Shown one piece after another: positions 37,465-52,142 of a DNA stretch of 64,000 nucleotides (position 1 is its first letter; the number at the start of each line of letters is the position of its first letter). Origin of the DNA: Tubulanus polymorphus (Eukaryota; Animalia; Nemertea). A program made the position numbers and the translations under genes. Location: the NCBI RefSeq assembly GCF_964204645.1, contig NC_134026.1:9509950-9573949 (forward strand), in the 5' to 3' direction. The notes under the pieces were generated by a model that had not been told where the DNA came from, did no database searches, and saw only the letters and a program-made list of their open reading frames with translations.

Positions 37465-37741
37465 GGCCCCTGGCCTCACGAAGCGTGATTTCATTACTGG
37501 CGCTGTTGCGCATGACGTCATATATATCTATTTGCGAAATACTTCTTTGTTCAGTAAAAAGTTCGCCGATTGGTCCATTTAACGGGAAAACAATAGAAGC
37601 CTAAAGTTGTTTGATACAAGCGCTGTGATTGGTACGACAGGATTCTGGTCGGCTAGTAACGACTCCAATGACTTGTGAGGTCAAGGGATTCGGCGAACAG
37701 CTTTAGCGTAGTGGGTTCGAATCCCTTGACGGGTGAAAATG
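37465..37741. repeat. Copy of the 13315-13641 MITE family, abutting the Chapaev right end
   Basis: GCCCCTGGCCTCACG...GTGGGTTCGAATCCCTTGACGGGTGAAAATG closely matches 13367-13641. Confidence 0.8.
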
Positions 37742-40700
37742 GAGGAGGGAGGATGAGAAGTTAATATCAACGACGTCTTACAGTTTTACGGCGTCAAAAA
37801 ATTAATAGTAGTAAATGAGAAGACTGGTTGCCTGTCACCACCAGCACCGCCAACCATAGGCTAGTAGACTGGTTACCGCTTTCTATCTTGATAGACTGGT
37901 CGCCTGTCCAATTCTGCGCCACCTGCATTCGAAGTCAGAATGTAGAGACCGGCAATCAGTCTAACCGGACTATATATTTATTGAATTGAATTGACTGATT
38001 CGAGAAGATCAACTAGAAAACGTCATGAAGACGACAGTCAAAACAATTCTGCTGTTCAATTTACATGAAATGATATCAGAATTAAAGTGTTTAACAAAGA
38101 GGAGAGAGTAGCCAGTGTTCGCTTGGGTCATGGAAAGTCATGATACTAATTAGTTATTTCAAAGCCATCAGGCGCGTGTTTAATTTTTTGGATTTAGGCC
38201 TATATGGCTATATATCCGCCCTCGTTATATGTCTTACTACATGTCTAGGTTGTAGATTTAAAATGGTGGCTTTTTTAATTGAAAATAGTTACTCCATCTC
38301 CGGGGTGGATTCAGTTGGGATGTATGTGGATCCCCTTCTTCCGTGGCAGGCTTTAGTGACTTTGGCCAACGTAAGGATAGTGTTTAATGGTAGTCTGAAT
38401 ACCAATCCTTGTTACCGGTTCCTTACAATGTCTGATGCTAAAGTGTCATATAGAGGTTAACTCCTGTTAATACGGGATATCGAAAAAAATCAACTTCTTG
38501 AATTAGTCGTTCGATGGCGCTAGTCAGAACCGGAAATTGAAACCTAAATCCGCCATGTTTTAGTTCATTTGCAATGAAAATCTCTCGCTTCAAGTTTTCG
38601 ACGACCAATATTTTACTTACTATATATCGTCATGCATGATCCATGAAATATGTTATCCTACCGCTGCGTTGGATATGATAAAACCTCACTGCAAAGGCTA
38701 GAAATCACTATAAATGTCCTAAAATTATCAAAAAACATTTTGCAACGGCTGACAATGTAAAGACGGGTTGCCAGGTATCATATGGTGGCAGCACTTGACG
38801 GCCCAATTAAGATTGTTGTTTCGAGTCCTGGTACTTTTCATATCTTTATTATGAATCTACGAGTTTAATCCTTCTAAAATCAATTTTATTTCATAATGTT
38901 ATTTCATATTTATCAATGTTGCCTGCAATAAATTTACCTTAGAGTCTTGAACTCAACAACAAAGTGATAACACCCGGCACCAGTCATTACTTCCATTAAT
39001 TGAGATCGTCTGCGCCATCTGGGAGGTCACTAGACTAGAGGTCACGTGGGCTGGTTTAAGATTGACTGAAATCGCTAGTCTTATAATATGTCGGTGAAGA
39101 GTGAATACAAGATGCGTCTGGATCAGCCCATCGATGCTCATGTACTTATAATCTTCAATGTACTTTTGCTTTGCTTGAAATTACGAAAGTTCTGGAGGTA
39201 TCGGACTTGTGAAGCATCAGAATTGTGACCTGTCAGACTCGAGAACTCTCGAAATTATATTGTTGTTTTGAGTTCATGAACTGTCAGACTGGTAGGGTCG
39301 AGCCCAGCTGACTGTACCATTAATCAAACTTATCTTAGGCAAGCTAGCATTCATGGTCAGGTAATGGCTAGGTCAACTGTATTCTGGCATTCTGACTGCC
39401 TGAGAGAGTGTCAGCCAATCAGGGCCATAACTTTGTTTTACTGACACTATCATACGGGGCATTGGATTATCCCACTCGGGCAGCACTTGGAATGTGAGGC
39501 GGATATTGTGACTCCTTCGGTGACCTGGTGGCTTGGGGCAGGGGGGAATGGCGGCCTAAGGTGACAGTTGTCTACTGGTTGATATTGAATGGAATGATCT
39601 ATTCTCAAGCAGGTTGAGTTAACCCAATATTATTTCTTAATTAGCTACAATTCGTTCGTGTTACCTGAGTAGTTCCAGCAAATTGAATGCACTTATAGTT
39701 TTAAACTTTATCCAACTTCCAAATTCACTTCTTCAAACTTCAGAAATTGATTGGCATATGTATCCCAGTTAGGCCTATATCCAATTCAAGCAGTATATCT
39801 TTATTTATACTCTTTATTAGGTCAAAATTTATTATTTCAAGAAAAAAGCATAATGGTTCTCAACTTAAAAAGGTAAGATTCAATTGCAGTGCAATGAAAT
39901 AAAATGATAAATCTACATATTTTGGATATGTACATAGACAATGTGTTTGGGTTGGCCCTTAATTTACCAGATTTTCAGTGGGATTCAAACCTTATTCAAT
40001 AGATAGCACTGTTTTGCATAAGAACTATCTTGACTAATTTGTATTGGCCTAATACATCATTTTAAATATATCTCGCGAAATATGATGCTTTTGTGTAGGT
40101 TAACTCAATGAATTCAAATTGATGACCCAGCATTTGTGATGATGTTACAAGGTGGAGCAATTTGGCCAAAGCGCCATGAACATAGTTGTGCGTGTACTCG
40201 TTATGATGATTGAATTGGAAGGAGATACATGAAATTTCCTAACAGCTGTTTCGAATTCTGTCTTTTATCATTTAAACATATATGTAATTAATTCCTTTAA
40301 GATATTAACTGTTCAAGTGTTTATAGTAAACATCTAATGCAGCCATCAATGAAATGGATTAACCCTTCAGCTCATCCACTCGACGATCTTTCGATCGATT
40401 CGATGTCCTTTCGATGTTGAGTCCTGGCAGCATGAGAATATGAAAATCGATTTTCTTGCGAATGCACAGGGAAGGAATTTTCATCTTCTTTCGAGTGGTC
40501 AGTGGCTTCATATAACTGAAATTCGAAAAAACAGTCAAATCCCAGATGGAAGAATTTTTTGGAAAACTCAGTATGCGAACACAAAATCATAGCACATGCT
40601 TCACAAACGAACGTTAGGGCGGGGCCATGTTTTAGTGGCTATGCCGCAGCCGTGTTAAAGATGATACTCAACGTTTCTATAAATGAATTACCCAAACATT

Positions 40701-41088
40701 TTATACTGGTATTCAATATGGCAGACTCAGAGTTTACCGGTTTAGATAAGCGTGAAAATCAATGTAGCAAACCGAAATGTTATTTTCACTTTATCCAATT
40801 GAACGGATCACGGGATACCACCGCTACCCGTTCAGGCGGAGATGTAATGTAAATAAGGTAGTCGAGTGATGGTCGAGTGTACCACAGCCATGAAAATTGT
40901 CAAATAGTGTGATGATCGAATGGATATCTCGGCAAAGAAATAGGGAAATAGAACTGCAGTCGACTGGACTACCCACCTAAATTGAAATGAAATCGAGTGG
41001 ATGCTGGGGGGTTTAATACAATTCATAGATAGCTGCATAATCTGGCACTGAAGCAGTCGCCATAGATTTACAAATGTGCACGTGTATC

Positions 41089-41495
41089 GTACGATATGTA
41101 TCTCATGTGTTTTACGAAGCAGTTTCCCCTTCGTGAACAATTTGTAGTCAGTGCGGAACATTTTGTTTTCGAAGAATAATAAGGGGTGGTACGTTATCAT
41201 GGTAGGTTGGTTGTCGTGATGATAAACATTTGCTCCAGTCAAAAGCTATCTGCTTGCGTCTACTGCAAACTACGCATTGTTCGACAACTAAGTACGATAT
41301 GTATCTCATGTGTTTTACGAAGCAGTTTCCCCTTCGTGAACAATTTGTAGTCAGTGCGGAACATTTTGTTTTCTAAGAATAATAAGGGGTGGTACGTTAT
41401 CATGGTAGGTTGGTTGTCGTGATGATAAACATTTGCTCCAGTCAAAAGCTATCTGCTTGCGTCTACTGCAAACTACGCATTGTTCGACAACTAAG
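41089..41495. repeat. Recent 203-bp tandem duplication
   Basis: Units start at 41089 and 41292; only one substitution noticed. Confidence 0.9.
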
Positions 41496-44400
41496 CACTC
41501 GCATAGTGTCACATGACAGAACTATGGTCGTGTCCATAAGGGTCATGGAACTGATCAGTGTCCCAGGCAATGCCTGTAGCAAGTGCATGTTGTATGAGAT
41601 GAAAGCTTTTGATCGGCAGGTTTAGTGTAGGCGTGGCAACAATTATTATATGAAACGCATTAAATATTTGGCATAAAGGATAGCACGACTGGAATCCTCT
41701 GGTACCAAGCGCAGATGTAAGGAAAGTGCCTCAGTTTATAATTTGTTCATAATTCCATTCTCTAATTTCTCCCAAAATATTCACTTGACTGACACTGATC
41801 ATTGTGGTATGTGTGCTGGCCAAAAATGCACACAGATCACACTACTGATCTCACCCCGTAGCTACCAACTGTTTTATTACAACTTTCCAATTATTAAGTG
41901 TGTTTCTCCATGTATGTGGAAGACTAAGTAACTTCCAGCAGTAAATCTGGTGGATCATTGCTAGCCCCTAGAGAAATACTGATTTGTTGTAGCATTGAAG
42001 GTTTCCCATTTTAAAAAACAATTTCCTGTACCTATTTGTAATGTAGTTATCATGATCTGATTTTTCCAGAAAACAATGACTTTTGAACCAAGTGAAGTTG
42101 CTCCTGGTAAGTGTTAAAGTTTGAGTATGTTGTCACAAAATAATGACATTATGCCCATATAGAATAAATCACTTGATTCAGACGTTGTGAAAAAAATCGA
42201 GGAGGGAGGTTTATATTTTATATGAAATATTCCACAAGCTCTAATGATATATGAAGACTAGCAAGACCTCAACAAGACCTCTATGCGGGATAGCGGAATA
42301 TTCAAGTTCTGGAATCTCTCGCTTGATGGTGCTAGTCAGAACCGGAAATTGGAACCTAAATCTGCCATATTCTAAAGGACCAACAACTGGACAACCCTTT
42401 AACCGCAAACTGTTTAATGACCGACAGAGCGGTAGCGAAAACGATAACGAGTTAACTACAAAAAATAGAACAATAGCTAAATACATATTCAATAAATAAG
42501 AATTTCAGAAATAGGCAAAATTTGAAGTAATACATTGCATACAACTTACAGCTCTTTATCCGGCTAGATTCACATGGTCTAAACTCAAATGGCAAATGCC
42601 CAGAAAACTAAATGTTATGAGATTATATAGAGAGGTAACTACAATAGGGACAATACCCATACACAGAAACAGTTTCAAACCGGAAATCTGAAATATAAGT
42701 AGCCAGGAATACGCGGTGCATGAAGCGCGAACCTGAAACGTGACCATAGTATGAGTAAGTATATAACAGTTGACAACACTGAGCATAGGCTACAATGCAC
42801 AGGGAATCACTTTGGTGTGAATGCATGTGTACGTCTCTTCTCTGGAACATCTTTCCCTGTAACGCCAAACCATGGTTTTAGTGTCTTGCTGCCACTTCTT
42901 ATTTGGCAAACAATGAACAGCATGTTGATTTAAAATCTGCATTCATCTTAAAAAATATAGCTGCCAAGCAGCGATGACGGGTTTTCTGCAAAGCCATTCA
43001 GAATGATGGGAATTGTAGTAAATTGAAATATCGATACATAGAATAAAATGCATTGATAGATTCGAACCTAATATGCTGTGTAAACGTCAAATATGATTCA
43101 GCTTTAAAACCGAACATACGCGGACGAACAATCACAAATATTAATTTATTTGACCAGGCATTTATTTTGGCATTCAAACATCATGATACTGTATTATCAC
43201 CATCCTTAAAAATGGATCCTGTCCTATTAAGAACTCATCTTAAGCACCTGCTGACCTGCTGAATCGATAGATTGAGTGAATTTACAGATAAGAACGTACT
43301 ATGATTTAGAATAGATTTAAGAAGTTAATGTTTTTATTGAAATATTTGAATAGATACATATATTGTAGTGTAGATTCAATCAATGAATTATGAATTGATC
43401 TGGTCTGGGTTTCCGGCTGATGTTGATTTTGGCTTTTATGGATTACAAATTCTATAGTGATAAACAATTGATACCTGCAACATGTGTGTAAATCAAACCT
43501 ATTCCACTAGTTGCGTGTGTTTCCTAATAAACAGGAGAGTCACTCTTGATCCGAGTTATTAGAAAAATAATGTTCATCTATTTATAGAAATTCATTGCCT
43601 TTTTGGAAATTCTGTAATAATATTTGTTCTGTCCTAATTTGACGCCTTATAAAACGTTACCATTATGAAACCTAAACAATGTTAACCATTCAGCGTCATT
43701 TTACAAACGACAGCCGTAAATCGATGTGCAAAACGTCACAGGTTTATGTGTACACAAACAAGCTATCTGGCAAAATATTATTGACGTAGATGTAGAATGG
43801 CTTCCTGTGATTATATAATGACCTATATTTGAACGTCGAAATGTTATATTGCATTGAATATCATTTGAAGACGTATTGTAATAGTAAAGGATGTATGATT
43901 ATATCAGAAGCGGCAGGCATAAATAGAAATGATAAGTAAATCGGATTATTCGGTTAAATGGCGGATGTATACACGATGCGGAGGTCTAATATAAAAGTCA
44001 GACCCTGACGTGGGCATGCTGGTGGAATGACGAAGCTATCTACGATGTGTGTAGGGCCGGCGTGAATTTCATCAGCGGCTACAAGCGGTCAATATGAAAA
44101 TGTGTAAACATATAATTTCAATATTCAAACGTTTTAGAAAATATGTTTGATATTAGGAGTATGCAAGTTTCGTGAGATTAGCAATTTATAATAGCATAGC
44201 TGTCATATACGGCTCCATGTCCTCTGATGGCATGTGTATAAGGTGACAATTCAATTCAATTCTTTATTGATCCTTATTACATTGATATTCCGGGATAAAA
44301 TTCCCATATTCAATAAATACAAATTTTAAAATAAATTAACACAACATACATGACACACGGGTAATTCATACAGAACAACATAAGCATGTTATTTTAAATG

Positions 44401-46908
44401 ACAATGTCTACTTCAACCCACCCAGACTCAAGACTAGGATATCGAGTGACAGCCAAACCCGTGGCCCGGGGACCGGGCCGGCTGGCTAGGCCACACGATA
44501 TACTCGAAGTCATGATGAAGCAGACATCAGAAGAGCTCTTTCTTCATCCATGGAGGCAATGAAGTTGCAGACCAGCTTAGAGGCATAAGTAAATGAAGTC
44601 GGTCGCAAGTTCGCGATCAATTATTGAGAATTTTCAATAAAAAAATTTAAACCACTACTAGAGTCGAAGACCTGTATCATCTACCCAATCGCCAAATCTC
44701 ATCATTCCCCAAATTTCTTAAAACTTAAACGATTTCAAATTTGCAATTCCACATTAGCTTAGCTCAGAAATTCTACATTTTTTTCCCAGGCGTCAAATAA
44801 TTTTCAAAAATTAATTTTCTTGTTTTTATTACTGTATGAACCAATGATAAGCTTTGTAAATATGATGTAATAAAATAAATTTGAATTTGAATTAAATTTG
44901 AACATGAGAATCAAGCATAACTTCTGTTTTTTCACCTTGTCTTTTGTTAACAGTTCCAGAGTTTCAATTACAATCAAATCCAAATTGGCTAAAAAGTACA
45001 TAGGACTAAATGAAATGAACCGTTAGTTACTGCAAACCTAATCCAGTGTTATGTCGATCGTGTTGAATCACTTTCCTTGAGTTGAAAGAATCAGATCTTC
45101 TATGGTGCAACATCGGTCGAAGAGAGATATCTTGGTGTTGACTGTCCTTGACCATCTAACTTCATGCGTTTGACATGGAATCAGCATCATACCCATTTGA
45201 ACTGCAAAATATTCATACAACATGAAAACCTACAGTACATGTATACAGTAATCAAACAATCACCGATGTTGGATATTTGAATGAACGTTGGGCTTCTTTC
45301 AGTATTCTAAAGCAGGAAATAATAAGCCCAATAAATAGGCCCTATTCCCATTTGAACAATTGTATAATGCGTACAGCAGCACTTATCAGTCAAGTATGGA
45401 GAAATCGGTATACCAAACCTACGAACAGCAAAATGTACAGGCCTACAATGATTTCTGGTATACAAGCCGTGACCACATGAACGTTTTGGTTTGACTATTA
45501 ATGTCAGTAGGTCAGAGAAGGCCTGGCCAAATTTAATCACATGGCTCAAATCAATTAGCCTTTCTGCGTGTGAATACTTCACTGTATTGTTTTAAAAATA
45601 GGCCTATCGAGTGAATTAGTACAAAGACTGAATTAGACTTTAGGCTAGTCCTGACCAAATCCTATCCATGTTATAATTGCACCAGTTATAGTAACATCAC
45701 TAGGGCCGACGAGAGGGAAAAAGTTGTGTTTGTAGTACATAGGCATGGTAGGCTTGTCGTACTCACTTAATACTTAAAACGCTGTTGTTACCTGTACGTG
45801 ACTGGTCGGTGATTTCTACGTTGACGCTCAGACTTGCAATATTGGGATTCGAAACCAAACGAAAAAAAATCCAGTTGTAGTCCAGTGATTTACCCGCCAC
45901 GGTGCCACAGAACGTAACTGCAGGGTGGATGAAATTTGATTTACAAATAGCCTAGCCTCACCTAACCCAAACTCTATTCTTTCACGCATGCGCGTTTGCA
46001 GATTATAGGAACTCACGTACAGCGTTTTTAGGGAACTCACGTACCGGTACGGCGTTTTTAGGGAACTCACGTACGGTTAACTGTGGATATCACCGTACAG
46101 TCACCTACGCGTAACAACTTCGTACTTAAAAAATGGTATTGGCTACTATATAATAGGCCTATAGACAAATAAATACCGGTAGGCTTTCTTAGCTTTCACA
46201 CTTCACAACCGAACCAACTGACCAACCAGTATATTTATTCCCAGTACGCACCAACCGGCACAGGCCTAACACTGTTTGTCAACTGTGTGTACCGTAGTAG
46301 GCTATCGATAATCACCTGATACTTTTCTGTCGTTTGTTTTCTCTCTGAGATTAACGTAATTCTGCACCGTAATTCTAGTAGCCCTCCGCGACTCAACGAC
46401 CTAGATTTAAACTTGATCAATTCAAAATTTGTTTATTGACGCTTTTGGTTACATGAACTGATCAACAATATACTTAAATGAAATAACCGGAATAACAAGA
46501 AATCAAAAAAATTAAAGAGGTAACAAACAAATGCCCGTAAACCTGTCAGACACGCGAACGCCGGACTCGTAAACTCTTGGACTCGGACCCGCTGAGCAAT
46601 AAATTCATAAAATTGACTTTGAAATTGATTGTGGAGAAGAGAGGGAATAATTCGATAGCTCTTCCTCATGAAGAAGAGAGAAATTTGGGAAAGAAAACAC
46701 AACATGGCTACTAATTGAACGGAGCCAAATTTCCGATGTTTACGGCTCGACAGAGCCTTTATAACGTGGATTTATCAAAATTCCCATGCAGTATCTGGAG
46801 ATTGAAGTGAGCTGAAGGATATGATACGGATTGTATCGGCGACAGCGGTAAGGTAAGGAAGCCTTTACACTTTTAACACAAACTATGTGGAAAAGGGAAA
46901 AAAAAAAT

Positions 46909-47010
46909 AATCACGCGAATTTCAATAGGGTTTTCTGTGAAGCAACAGAAAACCCTAATAATCACGCGAATTTCAATAGGGTTTTCTGTGAAGAAACAGA
47001 AAACCCTAAT
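46909..47010. repeat. Two tandem ~52-bp units, each with a 13-bp-stem hairpin (Helitron/Helentron 3' end-like)
   Basis: TAGGGTTTTCTGT-GAAG(C/A)A-ACAGAAAACCCTA occurs twice. Confidence 0.7.
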
Positions 47011-47563
47011 GACTCCACATTCACCTAAGAATGACTCCACGATAGACCAATTTTTTGACCCAAACCGCTTGTCATTGTTTAACCGAATGTAAATGGGTCA
47101 ACGTGTGCTGGAGCTAGCTTTCAATAATCAATTAACTTCATGACCTCATGTGTGAGAACTACATGTCTGTATGTCTACAGCGATTGTTTAGACAATTTTT
47201 TGTTAAATGTTTACATGTTTGGCAGCTGATAGATGACTTTTGTGTGTATAAAATGTTGTAACTGGGATTTGTTATCCGAGGCGGTAGTTTTATATTTTAT
47301 AAGATATCAAAAAAACTCCAGGGGGCCGCTAATCTCAGGGGCGGGCACTGATGAAAAACAAGTAATTTATTTTATATGACCTAATGCTACTTTTTATTTA
47401 CGATGATGCTATCAGGGATCACATATTTGTTGAATCCAAAGGCATATTTCCTCGATGGAAGCCGATAGTCCTCAGTGTGTGCGAAAAGGTAGCAAACACG
47501 TCTTTTCAGTGTGATAATTCAACTGGAAGAGAGAGCAATCCTTTATTGTGAAATAATAGAGTA

Positions 47564-50500
47564 CAGGGTTGTCATTTAGTTTTTGAATAGGTGGGTAATT
47601 CACCAAAGTAGATGGTTCATAACACCAGTATCTTCGGTTATAAGGGGGGGGTCGGGGCCCTCCCCCAAATTTTTTTAAAATATTTGAGGCCCGAGAAGCA
47701 TTTTCCAAGCATTTGAAGTTTTCACAAAGGAAAATGTACTCCTTTGAAAATGGTGATAACTGAGTTGTGGATTTCAAGAAACTAGTATCCTCTGCAGTAA
47801 ACAGGAAATGGAAGAGGATGAAAGAACAGGAAGGAAATTGGTTTACAGTTTTAAACTTTTATTATTGTAATGCATCAATATTCAAGTAACATTTTGATTT
47901 TCTAAGAAACAGAAAAAAATATATGAAAGAAACAGCTTTTGGAACCAAGTAGCAGACACCAACTTTAAGTTATATATTGCATGATGTATCATACTGTATG
48001 ATATATTGTCATTTTGATTGTCAAATAAAAATATAAACAAACTATATAAACATTATTCCACAAAATGTTTTGATTGTCAAATAAAAATAAATGTATTTTG
48101 ATCAAATAATGATTTATCTATCTAAGGTCAATCTGGGCACAGAGGAAAATATATTTCTTCATATTACTACTCATCACCCAGTTCTGATTCCCATTCACTC
48201 TCAGTTTCACTGTCTAAATCACCAGCAAAGTCCTCTGGTTCAAAGAAAGCAGCAGCCTCTTCCATCGAACCTAGTTGAGAGACCGTTTGTTCAAGTTGAG
48301 TCACACTTTGGTTAGTTGCTTTCAAACTGAATTTACTTTTAACTCTCCTTTTCTGACAAAGCCATTTTTCTGCTGCAGCAGATATTATTTTATCTGCCCC
48401 TGGGCTAAGGACTGCTGGGCCATTAATGGAGATAGTGAGCAGGCACTGCAACATGTCATTTTTAAGTCTAGATCTCAATTGGTTTTTGATCCTCTTCATT
48501 GCACTGAACCCTCTTTCAGGCCATACAGAAGCAACAGGAATGGAAAGACATATTTCACAGATTCCAGCTAAATTTGGAAAAAAGTATGATGACTGAATGA
48601 CCTTTCTCATGCAGAATTCTGTTGGTGTGACTTTGAAATCCTTGAGTTTTTTCCCAACAGACGAGATTGATTCTGGCACCTCGGGTTTCCAAATTTCGAA
48701 AATAGTATATTTCATTTTGCGCCACTCAGCCAAAATTTCTGCTTTTTTCCCCAGCTTTTCACTTTCATCATCAATGTGCACTGTAAAGTGCTCTGAAAGG
48801 GAACCAATTTTTTCTTCACCATAGATTTTGAATTCATCACTATCCTTAGCAGGGCAATGAAGAGGATTAAACACCGAAAATGCAGAAAGAACCGGTAATG
48901 ACTCAGCAAATCTTTTCCCAATGTTAACACATAAAGAATTGCTGTAGCTTTTCAGAATTGACCTCAATTGTTTAACTTGGGAATCATTTAGTAAAAGCTC
49001 CATGTCTCTGAATTTTGTTGATAAATCATTTCTGAGTTTTGAAATGGCAGTCTCTTCCAGACGAATCTGGTTAATCTTTTCCTTTGTGTATTCAATCGCT
49101 GGGCCTATCATTGAGAAATCAACTACTCCCCTTAGAAATACAGTAGACAGTTCAGTTAACACAGGAAGTATCTCATTCAAAATGTACAGAACACCTAATA
49201 ATGTTGTACATTTTACATAGTAGGCCATGGGATGTTGCATCAGACTCTTTCAGCTGTCTCAGTGTTTGAATGACAACATCGTATTGTTTCAATAGTGAGC
49301 TCACAGACTTATCAAATGACAACCAGTGGGTCTGGCGGGCCTTTTTCAATTTTTTTGTGATGACTTCCTCAGTCTTGTCACTAGACACCCTTAGAGACTG
49401 CAACTGTGCTTGAACTTTGATAAAGACTGCAGTTTTCTTAGGAGAATTTTCAAACATCTGCCATAACTGCCTTAGCCAGGTTTGTACATTTTCTATGTAA
49501 TTTACTTCATTTAAAGTATCAAGGGCACTAAAGGCAATTCTGTGACAGACACAATGAACATGTATCATCTCTGGATTGGCGGCAGATTTCAGTCTTTGCC
49601 CTAAGCCAGATCGAACCCCAAGCATTGTATTGGTACCATCTGTGGCTAGTGAAGATAACTTTTGCCTTGAAAAATTACAATTTTCAAGCACATCCAAAAC
49701 TGCACTACAAAGAGTTTCTGCACCTGCACTTTCGGCAGTTTCAAGGATATCTTTAATACACAGAAAATAAGTGTTGACAACCTCACCTGTTCCGCCAGGG
49801 AGTATACTATCTTTTTCATGGCTATAGACCTGGACAAATATTATCATCTGTTCTTTGACAGATATGTCTGTACATTCATCTAGCATGAGACCATAGCAGT
49901 TTGATTTCTGTTCTCTGTTTCTCACCATTTCATCTATAATCTGACCAAGGACTAAAAACATTTCTCTAATGACACCTCTAGATCTGTACTGAAAATATCT
50001 TAAATCACCAGCATGTATGTATTTCAGAAAATTCAATAATGGCCAAATTTTTTTATTAGAAATTTCTTGTTGCATAATCCAATACATAGCTCTGAAAGCA
50101 TTTATAAGCGTTGATTGTGATACTGAATTTTTGTTGTCAACTTCTGCCTGGAAGCAAGAAATACGCTGCATCATCTCTCGCTGGACTGCATTTTTGTGTT
50201 GTTGTGAGGACTGGTGATCATCTAAAGCAACTAGTCTAAATCTAGTGCTCGGTTCAGTGTTAAACTTGGAACTTTTATTCTGTGCATTTGATTCATTATG
50301 TTTTTTACATAACAGACAATAAAATCCTTCGTTTTCAATATATACAGGCCACCACAATGATGATTCTTCACAGTAACATGTATGTTCAAGTTCGATGTGT
50401 GTCCATGATGTACAGTTTGTTTGCGAGCATATCACATGATGATGGACGGCTTTACTGTCTACATAACACTTTCCATTTCTGTAAACAGGTTCATCAGCAA

Positions 50501-51590
50501 AAATTTCACTGAGGAGTTTTTCAACTGCCTGGACACATGGTTTCTCTAAAATACATAAGCATTTCTTTTATTAGTAATAACCTGTTTCATAATCCAAGTG
50601 TTATCATAGTAATTTAAGAAATGTTTTATAAGTTCTTACCATCTGATCGATAATTACCAACGGCATCAACTTGTTCCTTACTACATGTACTGATAGTACC
50701 AGTATCTACTATAAAAATGGACAAAAATATATCTTTTAAAATCAGTTTGTTTTGAATACATATTGTATCCTGATGAATATTTGTATAAATTTCTTGAAAT
50801 GGCCGAGGGCCTAATGAAAAGAATCACAAAAAAATTAATCAGAATATACCATCATCTGCGGGGATACTTTTGCGATCATCGAGCTGATTGTTGTTGTCGT
50901 CATTTGGTGGCAATTGTGTAGAATCTACGCTTACTGCTGATTCTGACTCGTTATCAGTAACTAAAAATATTAAGTGAATTTTTTTGTAAGAATCATTATT
51001 TAAATTATTATAGGTAGGACACATCTCAGGCCTTTCGTTTTAATGAATTTATAAATGGCACGGGTGGGTGGTTCAAATAAACAAGTAATTTCTATTAAAC
51101 TTAGCTGACTAGAACGCCTAAATCAAATTACCATCCCTATTTTTGAAAACGAAAGTAGGATTGGAATGAAGAAAGAAATGTCAAATTACTTCCGGGTTTA
51201 TAGCTGGAAAATGCGCGATAATTAAGTGCTAGTTTAAGGAAGCTTTGTTGTTGAACGCGATTCGTAATGGCTTACGATCATATTTTAACAATATTTTAGC
51301 TGTATTTACCTTTCTGGCGTTTACAGAACCCAAAAAATCCTAGCGTCTGTTGCCCAGACATTTTCTGACATTTCATTCAGTGTAGCGATCGTCTGACCTT
51401 GAGCGCGATTTTGGCTGTGGAGTCGATTGCCACAGTTAGCTCGCGGAACCGGCTCGCGGAACCGGCCCGCGTGTCTACCGGGTGGCGCGGACAACAGCTG
51501 AGAGAAAACTTCGAGGTTTTGAGTAGCCGGTTTATTGATACTTAATAGACGGCTAATTTAACCGGTTTCTGGCTGCAAATGACAACCCTG
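47564..51590 (-). mobile_element. Full-length hAT transposon (4027 bp) with 6-bp TSD, inserted in the Copia LTR
   Basis: 14-bp TIR CAGGGTTGTCATTT / AAATGACAACCCTG; TSD AGAGTA at 47558-47563 and 51591-51596. Confidence 0.92.
48167..51361 (-). pseudogene. hAT transposase (ZNF862-like), frameshifted
   Basis: GFYCLLCKKH, GLMLDECTD, ATDGTNTMLG, HVHCVCHR, QTHWLS and SVWPERGFSAMKRIKNQLRSRL (dimerisation domain). Frameshifts near 49210 and 50400. The small 5' exons up to an ATG at 51361 are tentative. Confidence 0.88.
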
Positions 51591-52142
51591 AGAGTAGTAC
51601 ATAATTTTATCCACAGCTGTCACCACTAACTGGTGTTACCATCTAAGAATGCATCATAAAGTTTACATATGTCAACATCCCCACTTAAACTTAGGATGTA
51701 TGAATTACAAAATATAAACAACACCTGTGTTTACTTTATATTATATATATAGTACCAAAAATACATGAAGAGGTTATATTTAAGAGGCTCTTTATGTATT
51801 TTTGATAGTACTAGTTACTAACTTCATCTCGTGCAAATATATATGCTCTGAACATACAATTTACAGTGCGCAATAAATTTTAGAATACACACACATGTGA
51901 TAACATTTATATACAACTACACATTTCCAAAGAAGAATCTTAATTTTGAACGAGAAACTGGCTTTGTGAATATGTCAGCTAAATTGTTTTCAGACGCAAC
52001 ACATTTTAATATGTCATGACCTTTTCTAACTTCATCCCTAATGTAGTGAAAACGTATGTCGATATGTTTTGAGCGATTGTGATGGACCGGGTTTGCTGCA
52101 AGAGACCCTGGTTGTCGCCATACAACAGAATAGGGTTAATGC

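Noticed and set aside
38000-46900. Short ORFs and possible exons in the middle region
   Set aside because: No recognisable domains or consistent splice chain; a short repeat shared by ~38514 and ~42324 could not be classified.
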